From IMG/VR virus record IMGVR_UViG_3300031565_000179: 35,481 nucleotides of DNA; one strand, 5' to 3'. Under the pieces are notes generated by a model that saw only the letters and a list, made by a program, of their open reading frames with translations, did no database searches and was not told where the DNA came from. Shown here one piece after another: positions 17,389-25,791 of this stretch. Source of the stretch: a virus. Made by a program: the position numbers and the translations under genes. How positions within the stretch are numbered: position 1 is the stretch's first letter; each line of letters begins with the position of its first letter.

Positions 17389-17945
17389 AAACGATAATCC
17401 TTTTAATAGCCGTCCTGGGGCTTGTCATGGGGGCCCTGGGTTGCCAACCAACGACCGACCCCGTCGCGACTGAAAAGCCGCCGGCGGGGTCCCCGCGTTT
17501 CGCGGACCTGGCGGCCGCGCCGGTCCAGGAAGACCAGGTCTTCGCCGTCCCGTCCTTCGTCGTGACCGGCTTCCAGGAAACCAGGTCGCCCGAAGCCTGG
17601 TCCATATCGGGGACCATACGCCAGGCGGACCCCGCGGTCCCTGGCCTGAAGTTCGACCGTCTTCTGATAACCTTCGTCTTCCAGGACGGCCGCCCTTGTG
17701 AATTCCAGGTTCCGGAACACGGTCCCTTGAACGACCTGGTCGAACCGATACCCTTCGCCCTGGTCCTGGGCCCCGACAATTACGAAAGCGCGGGGTTCGG
17801 GTTCGCGGGCTTCCAGGACTTCGAAGCGACGTCCCGCCTGGACCGGATAATCGTCCAGGTATTGACCAACCGGAACAAGGTTCAGGTCCGCCCGAACCAC
17901 TGGACGGGGACCTTCGTCGCCGCCATTCAGGGGCCACTTGATTGA
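17385..17945 (+). CDS. Secreted or lipoprotein candidate (early gene)
   Basis: 186 aa from ATG 17385 (ATGA overlap with the upstream stop). The signal peptide is MKTIILLIAVLGLVMGALGC, with a Cys at the lipobox-like position. The track's upstream start at 17217 overlaps the previous gene. Confidence 0.55.
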   Translation: MKTIILLIAVLGLVMGALGCQPTTDPVATEKPPAGSPRFADLAAAPVQEDQVFAVPSFVVTGFQETRSPEAWSISGTIRQADPAVPGLKFDRLLITFVFQDGRPCEFQVPEHGPLNDLVEPIPFALVLGPDNYESAGFGFAGFQDFEATSRLDRIIVQVLTNRNKVQVRPNHWTGTFVAAIQGPLD

Positions 17946-17965
17946 AATATGGGGGCCTCTACCCA

Positions 17966-17995
17966 TTGACAAGGGCATTACACAGGCTTTACAAT
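17966..17995 (+). promoter_or_regulatory. Promoter TTGACA-N18-TACAAT
   Basis: -35 at 17966-17971 and -10 at 17990-17995. The spacer begins AGGGCATTACA. Confidence 0.6.
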
Positions 17996-18024
17996 AAATA
18001 GCATTCTAACGAAAGGGGGACCAA

Positions 18025-18438
18025 ATGAAGAAGGAACAAACCACAATGAAAGTCGTTTGCGCCTGGCATAAGAAGAACTTCGGCTTCGAACTTGATATGG
18101 GGACGAAGGAAGGTCACGGTTCGACGGGGACGACACACGGCATTTGTAAGCAATGCGCGAAGATTGAATGGGCGAAAGCCCCAGGCGGTCCGCCGCCCGC
18201 CCGCTGGAACCTGGTCGGCCGCTTCCTGGAACGCCGAAGGGCCCGTAAGCGTTATCACGACGCCGAAGACCAGGAAGAAGACGAAGCGTTGCTTTTCTTA
18301 ATTCGAAATAACCCGAACCTTCACGCCCAATGTTTGCTTCGGGGCGAACGCGGGCGACATTACCTTCTGGTCGAAGACCTGGCCGAACTTCAGGTCCGCG
18401 TTTCAACCGAACCCGAAATCCGTTGCCACTTGAATTGA
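18025..18438 (+). CDS. Hypothetical Cys/His-containing protein
   Basis: 137 aa with RBS GAAAGGGGGA. Contains CAWH...HGICKQC, a possible zinc site. Confidence 0.6.
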   Translation: MKKEQTTMKVVCAWHKKNFGFELDMGTKEGHGSTGTTHGICKQCAKIEWAKAPGGPPPARWNLVGRFLERRRARKRYHDAEDQEEDEALLFLIRNNPNLHAQCLLRGERGRHYLLVEDLAELQVRVSTEPEIRCHLN

Positions 18439-18446
18439 CCGGCTAC

Positions 18447-18476
18447 TTGACAAGGGCATTACAACGGCGATACAAT
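18447..18476 (+). promoter_or_regulatory. Promoter TTGACA-N18-TACAAT
   Basis: -35 at 18447-18452 and -10 at 18471-18476. The spacer begins AGGGCATTACA, identical to the 17966 promoter. Confidence 0.6.
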
Positions 18477-18502
18477 GGGGCCAGGGGTCAAAGCCTGGCC
18501 CC
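18477..18502 (+). other. 9-bp stem-loop GGGGCCAGG/CCUGGCCCC at the predicted 5' end of the transcript
   Basis: Bases 18477-18485 pair with 18494-18502. It starts immediately after the -10 hexamer. Confidence 0.5.
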
Positions 18503-18529
18503 AAATCTATTCGAAAGGAAGGAAAACAA

Positions 18530-19831
18530 ATGGGAATTCCAGAAGAACCAGAATACAAGCCCTTCGACTACACTTGCCCGCATTGTCACCAACCCTTCAC
18601 GGAACATAATTCCGTTCGAAGACACCAGTCAAACGTCACTTGCCCGCATTGTGGGAAACGCGGGGACTTCGTGGACGTCAATCAGTCCGCCGCCGCGCCC
18701 GTTTCAATCGTCAAGGTTCGATATATCAAACGGGAAACGGGGGAACCCGAAGGCCGCGAATATTCATACTTCACGGCCGAACCCCTGGGCCTGGCCTTCC
18801 ACGTCAAGGCCCCAACCGAACACGGCCACGTCGAAGCCGTCGTGACCGCCCTGGACGTCCCCGAAGCGGAAGTCGCCGCCTTCAGGGACCGCGTTCGAAC
18901 TATCCCCGCGGGTTCGATAATGGTCCGGCCCGCCCCTGAAATCGAATTACCCGCGGCCGAAACCCCGCCCGTCGCCCAGGTCGCGGACCCCGAACCGAAT
19001 TCCCTGGCCGCCGCCGCTGAAGCCGCTGGCGCGGAAGTGAAGGAAGTCAATCTATTCGACCAGAAGCCCGAACCCGAACCGGAAGCCGAACCGCCCCAGG
19101 ACGAAGGCCCGTCGGAAGGCGAACACGTCGAACAACTTTGGGACGAACAAAAGGCGGCCGAACAAAGCGTCCCGCCCGCCCTGGTAACGATTGAACGCCA
19201 GGTCGGGAAACCCGCCCCCGAATTGCTTCCGCTTTACCTGGAAGCCGCGGGGCTTCTTCAGTTCGCGAAGGCCCGCGTCATTGCCACGGCCGAAGACCTG
19301 AAGCCCGCGACGAACGACCTGGCAATTATCGCGACTTGTAAGAAGGCCATGTTCGCCAGGAAGGACGAACTTGTCGGGCCCATGAAGGCGAAGCTTGACC
19401 TGGTCAACCAGGCGTTCAACGACATTATGTTCCCCGTCCTGGAAGCCGACCGCTTGACCAGGGCCCAGGTAACGAAGTTCGACAACGACCAGCGCGCCAG
19501 GGCCGCGGAAGCGAAGCGGATTGAAGACGAAAAGACCAGGCTTGCCAGGGAAGAAGCCGCCTTCACTGGAACGGGCGAATTCGACGTTCCCCTGGGGACC
19601 ATTGAAGAAGTCGCCCCGCCGCCCGAACGGACCCGAACGGACCTGGGGACCCTGGGGGGGCGGGACAACTGGAAAGCCCGCGTCGTTGACTTCAAGCTTC
19701 TGGACGACCAGTGGAAGCTTCCGAACGAAAGCCTTCTGAATAGCCATGCCAGGTCCACGAAGGGCGAACGCCCGATACCAGGCGTTGAATTCTACAACGA
19801 CCGAATAACCACAATGCGAACGAAATCATAA
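18530..19831 (+). CDS. Zinc-ribbon protein with coiled-coil C-terminal domain (Gp157/Gam-like resemblance, weak)
   Basis: 433 aa. The N-terminus has CPHC...CPHC. The middle is Pro/Glu/Ala-rich. The C-terminus ...RIEDEKTRLAREEAA...WKARVVDFKLLDDQWKLPNESLL...IPGVEFYNDR resembles siphovirus Gp157-type proteins. Confidence 0.35.
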   Translation: MGIPEEPEYKPFDYTCPHCHQPFTEHNSVRRHQSNVTCPHCGKRGDFVDVNQSAAAPVSIVKVRYIKRETGEPEGREYSYFTAEPLGLAFHVKAPTEHGHVEAVVTALDVPEAEVAAFRDRVRTIPAGSIMVRPAPEIELPAAETPPVAQVADPEPNSLAAAAEAAGAEVKEVNLFDQKPEPEPEAEPPQDEGPSEGEHVEQLWDEQKAAEQSVPPALVTIERQVGKPAPELLPLYLEAAGLLQFAKARVIATAEDLKPATNDLAIIATCKKAMFARKDELVGPMKAKLDLVNQAFNDIMFPVLEADRLTRAQVTKFDNDQRARAAEAKRIEDEKTRLAREEAAFTGTGEFDVPLGTIEEVAPPPERTRTDLGTLGGRDNWKARVVDFKLLDDQWKLPNESLLNSHARSTKGERPIPGVEFYNDRITTMRTKS

Positions 19832-19844
19832 GGGGGAAAAGAAC

Positions 19845-20588
19845 ATGACGAAACCATTATCAACCCAGGAAAGGGCGAACAGAAGGGCCGCCCGAAAAGC
19901 CGCCCGCAAATCGAACCAGCAAAAGGCCCCGTCCACGACCGCCGTCACGGTCCAGCAACCGAAAGGGGACCCGCCGGCCGGCGAAGACCCGACGCCGTCC
20001 GAAGGCTTGAACCTTTGCGATACTTGCGCGTATGAATTCGGCGAATGCGAAGGGGTCCCGAAGTTCGGGGAAGAAGAAGGGTCCGACCGCGTCGTCGAAT
20101 GCAAAGGATACGCGAACGTCGAAACCTTCCCGACCGCGGACCAGGGGAAAGGTCCCGACGCCGCCCATGACGCCGGCGACAAAGGTCCGAATGAGACTGG
20201 CGGGGACCAGGGGGAAAAGCCGGCGACGGGCCCCCGCGTTTGCGACGTCGAACACCTTCGCGATTATCCGGAATGCTTCGAAGATTGTCCGAAGGACGAA
20301 TGCGACGGGGTTCCCGCCGAACTGGTCCACTTGAACGAAGACGAAGGGGCGGAAGGGACCGAAGAAGAAAAGGAAGAAGACGTCGCCGTCATGCGGGAAG
20401 ACGTTATCGCCCGTCCGGACCCCGCGCGCTTTGCGGCGGACGAAACCGATTACGGGGCTTGTCCGTCATGCACACGGTCGCTTAAAAGGACCGCCTTCAA
20501 CCGATACCGTGACGCTATCCGTTGCACGAACCCGCGTTGCCGCGCTTATCGGGCCGTCGTGAAGACTATTTCCACGGGGGTCAACTGA
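19845..20588 (+). CDS. Acidic, Cys-rich hypothetical protein
   Basis: 247 aa with RBS AAGGGGGA. Contains CDTCAYEFGEC and ACPSC...CTNPRC motifs. Confidence 0.6.
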   Translation: MTKPLSTQERANRRAARKAARKSNQQKAPSTTAVTVQQPKGDPPAGEDPTPSEGLNLCDTCAYEFGECEGVPKFGEEEGSDRVVECKGYANVETFPTADQGKGPDAAHDAGDKGPNETGGDQGEKPATGPRVCDVEHLRDYPECFEDCPKDECDGVPAELVHLNEDEGAEGTEEEKEEDVAVMREDVIARPDPARFAADETDYGACPSCTRSLKRTAFNRYRDAIRCTNPRCRAYRAVVKTISTGVN

Positions 20589-20589
20589 T

Positions 20590-21495
20590 ATGAACGACAA
20601 ACCGAAAGGAACGACACTTTCGAAACAACGACTTCAGCTTGACCACTTCGAAATTGACGTCCCGTATTCTCAGGGGACGAAGTCACTTGACCGCGTCCAG
20701 GCCGTCAACCTTTCCCTTCCGGACGACAATCCCCTGGCGGGCAAGCCCCTTCGAATGACTATCTTCAACCAGGAATTGAAGACCTTCGTCCGCGGGAAGT
20801 CAACCATTGTCGCCGACGTCGAAGAACGGCCCCGCCCCGAAAGCGAATACGGGCCCGACCGGACCATTGTCCAGGTATATGACGACCAGGGGAACCCCGT
20901 TTCCAGGAAGCAACCTGGCGGCGGGGGCGGCTATCAACGCCGGTCCCTGGAAGACGACCTGGTCCTGGAAGGCGTGAAGCGGCTTTCCATTGAAGGGCAA
21001 ACGGCAATCGCCCAGGTCGGCGAACGGCTGGCCGACATTCTGAAGGTCCCGTCCGCTGAATGGGGACGACACGGGCTTGACGAAGAAACCTGGAAGCGTA
21101 TCCTGGGGAAGTATTGGAAGGCGGTTGAAAAGGGCCTGGACAATTACCTGGCCCCGCCGCCGACAACCGCGGCAAAGCCCCCCCAGGCGGCCCAGGATAA
21201 ACGCCAGGCGGCCGACAAGCCCGCGGCGGTATCAACCGACAAGCCGCCCGCCGCCGAACCGATAAAACACGCCGGCGACCTTTTGACCAGGGCGGCGAAA
21301 CTTGAACCGCCCGTGACCCGTGACGACCTGGTTGTCGCCCTGGGTATCACAGACTTGACGGAAATAAAAGACCTTCAAGCCGCCTGGAAGAAGGCCCAAG
21401 AAATCAGCGCGGCGAAGGTTCAAGGCAAGCCGAAGGCGGACGAAAAGCAAACGACCGCCGCGGCCGGCGGGGAAGGCGAACGCTTGTTCGAATAA
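20590..21495 (+). CDS. Hypothetical protein (possible nucleic-acid-binding protein)
   Basis: 301 aa. A beta-rich N-terminus is followed by GGGGGYQRR and an Ala/Pro/Lys-rich linker. No firm motif. Confidence 0.5.
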   Translation: MNDKPKGTTLSKQRLQLDHFEIDVPYSQGTKSLDRVQAVNLSLPDDNPLAGKPLRMTIFNQELKTFVRGKSTIVADVEERPRPESEYGPDRTIVQVYDDQGNPVSRKQPGGGGGYQRRSLEDDLVLEGVKRLSIEGQTAIAQVGERLADILKVPSAEWGRHGLDEETWKRILGKYWKAVEKGLDNYLAPPPTTAAKPPQAAQDKRQAADKPAAVSTDKPPAAEPIKHAGDLLTRAAKLEPPVTRDDLVVALGITDLTEIKDLQAAWKKAQEISAAKVQGKPKADEKQTTAAAGGEGERLFE

Positions 21496-21517
21496 CCCAG
21501 GGCGTTATTTTACCAGG

Positions 21518-21554
21518 GGAAAGGCCGCCGGTTAAAAGACGGCCTTTCCTTTGT
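21518..21554 (+). terminator. Rho-independent terminator
   Basis: A 10-bp stem (ggaaaggccg 21518-21527 / cggcctttcc 21540-21549) with a 12-nt loop, followed by TTTGT. Confidence 0.7.
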
Positions 21555-21587
21555 CCCGCCCAGGGTAAAAAAAAGGACGCTTCGGGC

Positions 21588-21617
21588 TTGACATTGGCGG
21601 GACGGGGGCGTTACAAT
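21588..21617 (+). promoter_or_regulatory. Promoter TTGACA-N18-TACAAT with an upstream A8 tract
   Basis: -35 at 21588-21593, -10 at 21612-21617 and an A-tract at 21567-21574. Confidence 0.6.
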
Positions 21618-21642
21618 CAGGAAAACGAAAGGGGGTTCCCAA

Positions 21643-21858
21643 ATGGTAACGAACGCGAAGACGACCCATAAGAAGGGGCAAGTCGCCCCTGGCAAAGTAA
21701 ACCGGAACTGGCGAATAAATATCGGCATTGACCAGAAGCTTCACGACGAAGCGGTTCGCCAGGGTTACGGGGAAAAGGGCGTCGCGACCCTTGTCAACAA
21801 CCACTTCACCCGATACTTCAACGGCGAAACAATCAGGCTGGACCCCGAAAATCTTTAA
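21643..21858 (+). CDS. Ribbon-helix-helix (Arc/CopG-like) DNA-binding protein candidate
   Basis: 71 aa. NWRINIGIDQKLHDEAVRQ fits the beta-strand plus helix start of RHH regulators. It is the first gene after the promoter. Confidence 0.45.
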   Translation: MVTNAKTTHKKGQVAPGKVNRNWRINIGIDQKLHDEAVRQGYGEKGVATLVNNHFTRYFNGETIRLDPENL

Positions 21859-21877
21859 TCGGGGTCCTTTTCTATTT
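21840..21877 (+). terminator. Rho-independent terminator/attenuator overlapping the RHH stop codon
   Basis: A 9-bp stem (ggaccccga 21840-21848 / tcggggtcc 21859-21867), followed by TTTTCTATTT. Confidence 0.65.
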
Positions 21878-21896
21878 CCGAAAGGGGGAATATATC

Positions 21897-22625
21897 ATGG
21901 CGAAGAATACCGAAAGCAAGCCCGACAAAGGACCGAAGAAGACCCAGGCGAAGGCCGACGTCGCGAAGACGGAAGTTGTTCAATCGCTTCGGGTCGAAAT
22001 CAACTTCCCGTCCATAACCGACCTGAAGCAAGCCCTGGCCTTCGACGCGGACGGGAACCTTTTAATCAGGGTCCAGTTCACTTCCCGCGTTGACCAGTAC
22101 GAAATCTTCCGCCTGGTCAATCTTCTGAAGCAACCACACGGTTCATTATTCGCGACAATCGGAAGCCCGCAAACGGCAATGGACTTCAAGTTCACGAAGG
22201 ACGGGCGGGTCGAAATTGTGAAGGCGGCAATCGCCGCGGAAAAGGCGAAGACGCCCGCGCTGGACAAGCCAACCGCGACCCAGGAACCGGACCAGGCAAA
22301 GCCCGCGTCCGCCATTCATTCGGTCGGCTTCAACCATATTCCCGAAGAAGAAAAGCCGTTCGGGGTCCTGATTGAGTACGTCGTCAACGGGACGGGGGAA
22401 ATAAGAACGGTCGCCGGCCGCGGGAAGAACCCGACCGAAGCCGTAATCGCCGGCGTCCATAATTGCGGCCTGGCCGCCGACCAGAAGGAACCCTTCGAAA
22501 TCCGCGCGGCCCTGGAAACCCTGGAACCGTCGGCCGAAGGATACAAGCTTATTCGGGCCCTGGACGTCGGGTCCTTCGATATTGAGGAAGGCAAGGGGGA
22601 AGCGAATTCCGGAAAAGGGGAATAA
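21897..22625 (+). CDS. Hypothetical protein
   Basis: 242 aa with RBS GAAAGGGGGA. No motif recognised. Confidence 0.6.
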   Translation: MAKNTESKPDKGPKKTQAKADVAKTEVVQSLRVEINFPSITDLKQALAFDADGNLLIRVQFTSRVDQYEIFRLVNLLKQPHGSLFATIGSPQTAMDFKFTKDGRVEIVKAAIAAEKAKTPALDKPTATQEPDQAKPASAIHSVGFNHIPEEEKPFGVLIEYVVNGTGEIRTVAGRGKNPTEAVIAGVHNCGLAADQKEPFEIRAALETLEPSAEGYKLIRALDVGSFDIEEGKGEANSGKGE

Positions 22626-22628
22626 AAC

Positions 22629-23486
22629 ATGGGGGCCGAAAGCCGTTTGCTATATGACGAACGGCCCCTGGTCCTTATTCCCGAATTGGCGCGGTTACTG
22701 AAGGGCGTCCCAGGGTTCAACGGCATTGACGAAGCCCTGGTCCTTCAGCAAGTCCATTATTGGGTAATAATGAACCAGCGGGCCGACCGGAACAACCAGG
22801 AAGGCTTCTTCTGGACGTATAACACGTTCAACGCCTGGGCCGAACAGTTTTCCTTCCTTTGGTCCACAAGCACACTGAAGCGGATATTCGCGCGTCTGGA
22901 AAAGGCGGGCTTCCTTATTTCGGGCCGCTTCAATAAGTCGAACATTGACCGGACCAAATGGTATCGCGTGAACCATGAACGGCTTTCCCTATTGTGTCAG
23001 AATGAACCTTCCATAGTGTCAGAATGGCCCAATGGAAAGGGTCAACTTGACACTATGCAATCGGTCAACTTGACACAATCGGGCCAGGCACAAGCTACGC
23101 ACGAAAACGGGGGACCAGAGAGTAACCAGAAACAACCTTCAGAGATTAGCACAGAGAAGAAACGGCGCGCGCCGAAACTTCATTCCAGGCCCATATTCGC
23201 TTCAATGCAAATCGAATTCGGATACCCTGAAAAGACCGACAAGGACCCGATACCGAATTACGGCAAGGAAGCGAAAGCGATTGACCGAATGGTCGCCAGG
23301 GGGTATTCTGAAGACGACATATTGGCCGCCTGGCAAGTGAAGGTCAGGGCCCGCGGCGAATTCGTTTCAATGGTCTTCGTCAACGAAGACATGGGAAAAC
23401 CGTCCCGAACATTCCCGCGGCAAACGACCTTCCTTCCGACCGAAGACGACCTGGTCGCCCAGGCGAAGGAAAGGGGGTTGAATTGA
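22629..23486 (+). CDS. Replication initiator / replisome organiser (winged-helix, DnaD/lambda-O-like arrangement)
   Basis: 285 aa. ...FFWTYNTFNAWAEQFSFLWSTSTLKRIFARLEKAGFLISGRF... is typical of phage replisome-organiser N-terminal domains. Iterons lie in the linker-coding region, and a DnaC-like loader gene follows. Confidence 0.6.
   Translation: MGAESRLLYDERPLVLIPELARLLKGVPGFNGIDEALVLQQVHYWVIMNQRADRNNQEGFFWTYNTFNAWAEQFSFLWSTSTLKRIFARLEKAGFLISGRFNKSNIDRTKWYRVNHERLSLLCQNEPSIVSEWPNGKGQLDTMQSVNLTQSGQAQATHENGGPESNQKQPSEISTEKKRRAPKLHSRPIFASMQIEFGYPEKTDKDPIPNYGKEAKAIDRMVARGYSEDDILAAWQVKVRARGEFVSMVFVNEDMGKPSRTFPRQTTFLPTEDDLVAQAKERGLN
22993..23160. repeat. Putative replication origin: two iteron pairs plus an A-rich tract inside the initiator gene
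   Basis: GTGTCAGAATG occurs at 22994-23004 and 23016-23026. GGTCAACTTGACAC occurs at 23040-23053 and 23063-23076. An A-rich tract spans 23100-23160, with CAGAGA at 23116, 23140 and 23152. Confidence 0.55.
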
Positions 23487-24070
23487 ACGAAGAAGAAAAG
23501 CGGGAATTCTACTGGAAGCAACGGGTCGAAGCCAACGTCCACGCGTCGCGGGTCCCGATTATAAGCCGCGGATTGAAGTTCAAGGAACTAACGGAAACCG
23601 AAGGCAACCGAAAAGCGATACGGACCGCGACGAACTTCCTGGTCGGAAGGATTGACCCGCCGCTTCTTCTTTTCATTGGCATTCCAGGCGTCGGCAAAAC
23701 GACCCTGGCATACCTTATCGCCTGGGGGTTCCTGGAAGCGGGCGACCGCGTCCTTTACTACCAGGCGGAAGAACTTTTGAACGAACTTCAGGCCGTCTTG
23801 ACCGAAGGGAAGGAATTCGGCCGAATATGGTCGCGCCTGAAGGAAGCCGACCTGGTTATACTGGACGACCTGGGGGCCCATAACCGAACCGCCTGGCGGG
23901 ACGCCCAACTGGACGCCCTGGTTGACTACCGATACCGCGAACGCCTTCCCCTGGTAATGACGGCGAACAAGCTGGCGGACCAGTCCGAACGTATCCTGGA
24001 CCGCGTCAAGGAAGGCGCGTCCGCGGTCATAACCGGCGAAAGCTGGCGCGGGAAGGGGGCGACCAAATGA
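23483..24070 (+). CDS. DnaC/IstB-like AAA+ helicase loader
   Basis: 195 aa with a TTG start after AAGGGGG. Walker A is GIPGVGKT and Walker B is LVILDDLG. It follows the initiator gene. Confidence 0.75.
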   Translation: MNEEEKREFYWKQRVEANVHASRVPIISRGLKFKELTETEGNRKAIRTATNFLVGRIDPPLLLFIGIPGVGKTTLAYLIAWGFLEAGDRVLYYQAEELLNELQAVLTEGKEFGRIWSRLKEADLVILDDLGAHNRTAWRDAQLDALVDYRYRERLPLVMTANKLADQSERILDRVKEGASAVITGESWRGKGATK

Positions 24071-24558
24071 CGACCAGGTTCATATCACTTGACCCCGCGA
24101 CGACCTTCACGGGTTGGGCCATATTCCAGGACGAAGGACTGGTCGCCTGGGGGAAGATTGACCTTCGCAAAGTCGAATATTCCTTCCGGTTCCAGTACGT
24201 CGTCAATGAGTTGATACACTTGACACAAGTGTATCACTTCCAGGAAATCGCTATCGAAGACGTGAAGACGGCCTGGCATTCGAAGAACCGCTTCCGGAAT
24301 ATCGCGGGGCTTCAGATTATCTTCCGGTCAATTCAGGAATGGGCGAAGGGGGTCAAGCTTCCCCTGGCCGCCTATAACCCCGCGACCTGGAAGAACGCCG
24401 TCGTCGGGCACGTCCACGCCCCGAAGGAAATCGTGAAGAACAATATCCGCTTCAGGTTCCCCAGTATCCCCGACGACTTGACCGAACACGAATACGACGC
24501 CGTCGCGATAGGCGTTTACCACGGGGGCCTTCGGAAGCTGGAAGGAATGACGACATGA
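24067..24558 (+). CDS. RuvC-like Holliday junction resolvase
   Basis: 163 aa. ISLDPATTFTGWAI (Asp), IAIEDV (Glu) and HEYDAVAIG (Asp) fit the RuvC catalytic pattern. Confidence 0.7.
   Translation: MTTRFISLDPATTFTGWAIFQDEGLVAWGKIDLRKVEYSFRFQYVVNELIHLTQVYHFQEIAIEDVKTAWHSKNRFRNIAGLQIIFRSIQEWAKGVKLPLAAYNPATWKNAVVGHVHAPKEIVKNNIRFRFPSIPDDLTEHEYDAVAIGVYHGGLRKLEGMTT
24212..24236. repeat. Perfect 10-bp inverted repeat TGATACACTT-GACAC-AAGTGTATCA inside the resolvase gene
   Basis: Arms at 24212-24221 and 24227-24236. The centre contains the recurring CTTGACAC motif. Confidence 0.8.
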
Positions 24559-24761
24559 CCGCGATATTATTCACGGCGACCGCCGAACACGAATGCCATA
24601 AATGCCAGCGGGCGGACAAGACCATTCACGTCGGGGACCGCGCTATCAAGACGACGTCCCGTCAATCAAGTTGCGGCGGGTCCTATATGACGACCATTTA
24701 TAAACACGAAGAATGTTATCAACCGCCCCAACGACGGAAGAAGTTGTGGGGCAAAGCATGA
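24555..24761 (+). CDS. Small Cys-containing hypothetical protein
   Basis: 68 aa with an ATGA overlap to the upstream stop. Contains CHKC and a distal C...C. Confidence 0.5.
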   Translation: MTAILFTATAEHECHKCQRADKTIHVGDRAIKTTSRQSSCGGSYMTTIYKHEECYQPPQRRKKLWGKA

Positions 24762-24776
24762 AAGGGGGAAATTGAA

Positions 24777-25004
24777 ATGGGAAACGAACTGGAAAAGGCA
24801 TTTCACGACCTGGACGAAGCCCTGGCCGTGATAAAACGGGAAGCCGAAAAGCTATCCGACGAAAACGCCGCGCTTCAGCGTGAACGCCAGGGCGAAGTCT
24901 GGTATTGGCAAGGCGACGGGAACGACAACCTGGAAAGCTTGACTTGCCCCGTCCTGATTGAAGCGGACGACCTTCGCGCTTTGCTGGAAAGGGGGCCCGC
25001 ATGA
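24777..25004 (+). CDS. Small hypothetical protein (coiled-coil N-terminus)
   Basis: 75 aa with RBS GAAAGGGGGA. Confidence 0.55.
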   Translation: MGNELEKAFHDLDEALAVIKREAEKLSDENAALQRERQGEVWYWQGDGNDNLESLTCPVLIEADDLRALLERGPA

Positions 25005-25780
25005 TATACGAAACCAGGGGCCGCGCCAGGGAATACTTCGAACTGGCGGCCAACTTATATTCAGGTTGCGAACACGCTTGCGCCTATTGCTACGGGGCCG
25101 ACGTTCTTCGGAAGGACCCGAAGGAATTCTTCGGGCCGTCGTTCCCCAGGCGGGCCGACGTCCTGGGGGAACTGGCGAAGGACGCCGCGCGCCTTGAAGG
25201 AAATTATGAAAGCCGGCACGTTCTTTTGTCGTTCGTGACGGACCCGTATCAACCCGCCGAAGAACGCTTCCACTTGACCAGGCGGGCGATTGAAATTCTT
25301 CACGCGGCGAACCTGGGCGTCGCCATTCTAACGAAGGGCGGCTTCCGCGCGACACACGACTTCGACCTTCTGGACGGCGGGGACCTATTCGGGACGACCT
25401 TGACGTTTATGGACCCGAAGCTTTCGCGGACCTGGGAACCAGGGGCGGCCCTTCCCATTGACCGAATGCTTTCCCTGGACGACGCCCACAAGCGCGGAAT
25501 TGGGACCTGGGTATCATGTGAACCCGTCATTGACTATACGGAAACCCTGGCCCTGATTGAAGCGACGGCGAAATTCGTTGACGTCTTCAAGGTCGGGACG
25601 TTGAACTATTCAGGGAAGCTTCCGCGGGACCTGGTTCCGCCGCCGGTTGACTGGAAGGTATTCGCCCAGGAAGTCGTCGGTCTTCTGGACCGCCTGGGGG
25701 CGAATTACTATATCAAGAAGGACCTGGCGCGCTATATCGGCCGCCCCGACGGGATAACCGTCGGCCTGGTCCCGAATTGA
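25001..25780 (+). CDS. Radical SAM enzyme, spore-photoproduct-lyase/'DNA repair photolyase' (COG1533)-like
   Basis: 259 aa. The CxxxCxxC cluster sits in GCEHACAYCY, and TDPYQPAEE lies downstream. Both are typical of the SplB-like radical SAM family. Confidence 0.65.
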   Translation: MIYETRGRAREYFELAANLYSGCEHACAYCYGADVLRKDPKEFFGPSFPRRADVLGELAKDAARLEGNYESRHVLLSFVTDPYQPAEERFHLTRRAIEILHAANLGVAILTKGGFRATHDFDLLDGGDLFGTTLTFMDPKLSRTWEPGAALPIDRMLSLDDAHKRGIGTWVSCEPVIDYTETLALIEATAKFVDVFKVGTLNYSGKLPRDLVPPPVDWKVFAQEVVGLLDRLGANYYIKKDLARYIGRPDGITVGLVPN

Positions 25781-25791
25781 AAGGGGGAAAT

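Noticed and set aside
21643-21858. RHH gene as evidence for a lysogeny switch
   Set aside because: The genome has no integrase, excisionase, partition genes or divergent repressor/Cro arrangement. A single small regulator is insufficient evidence.
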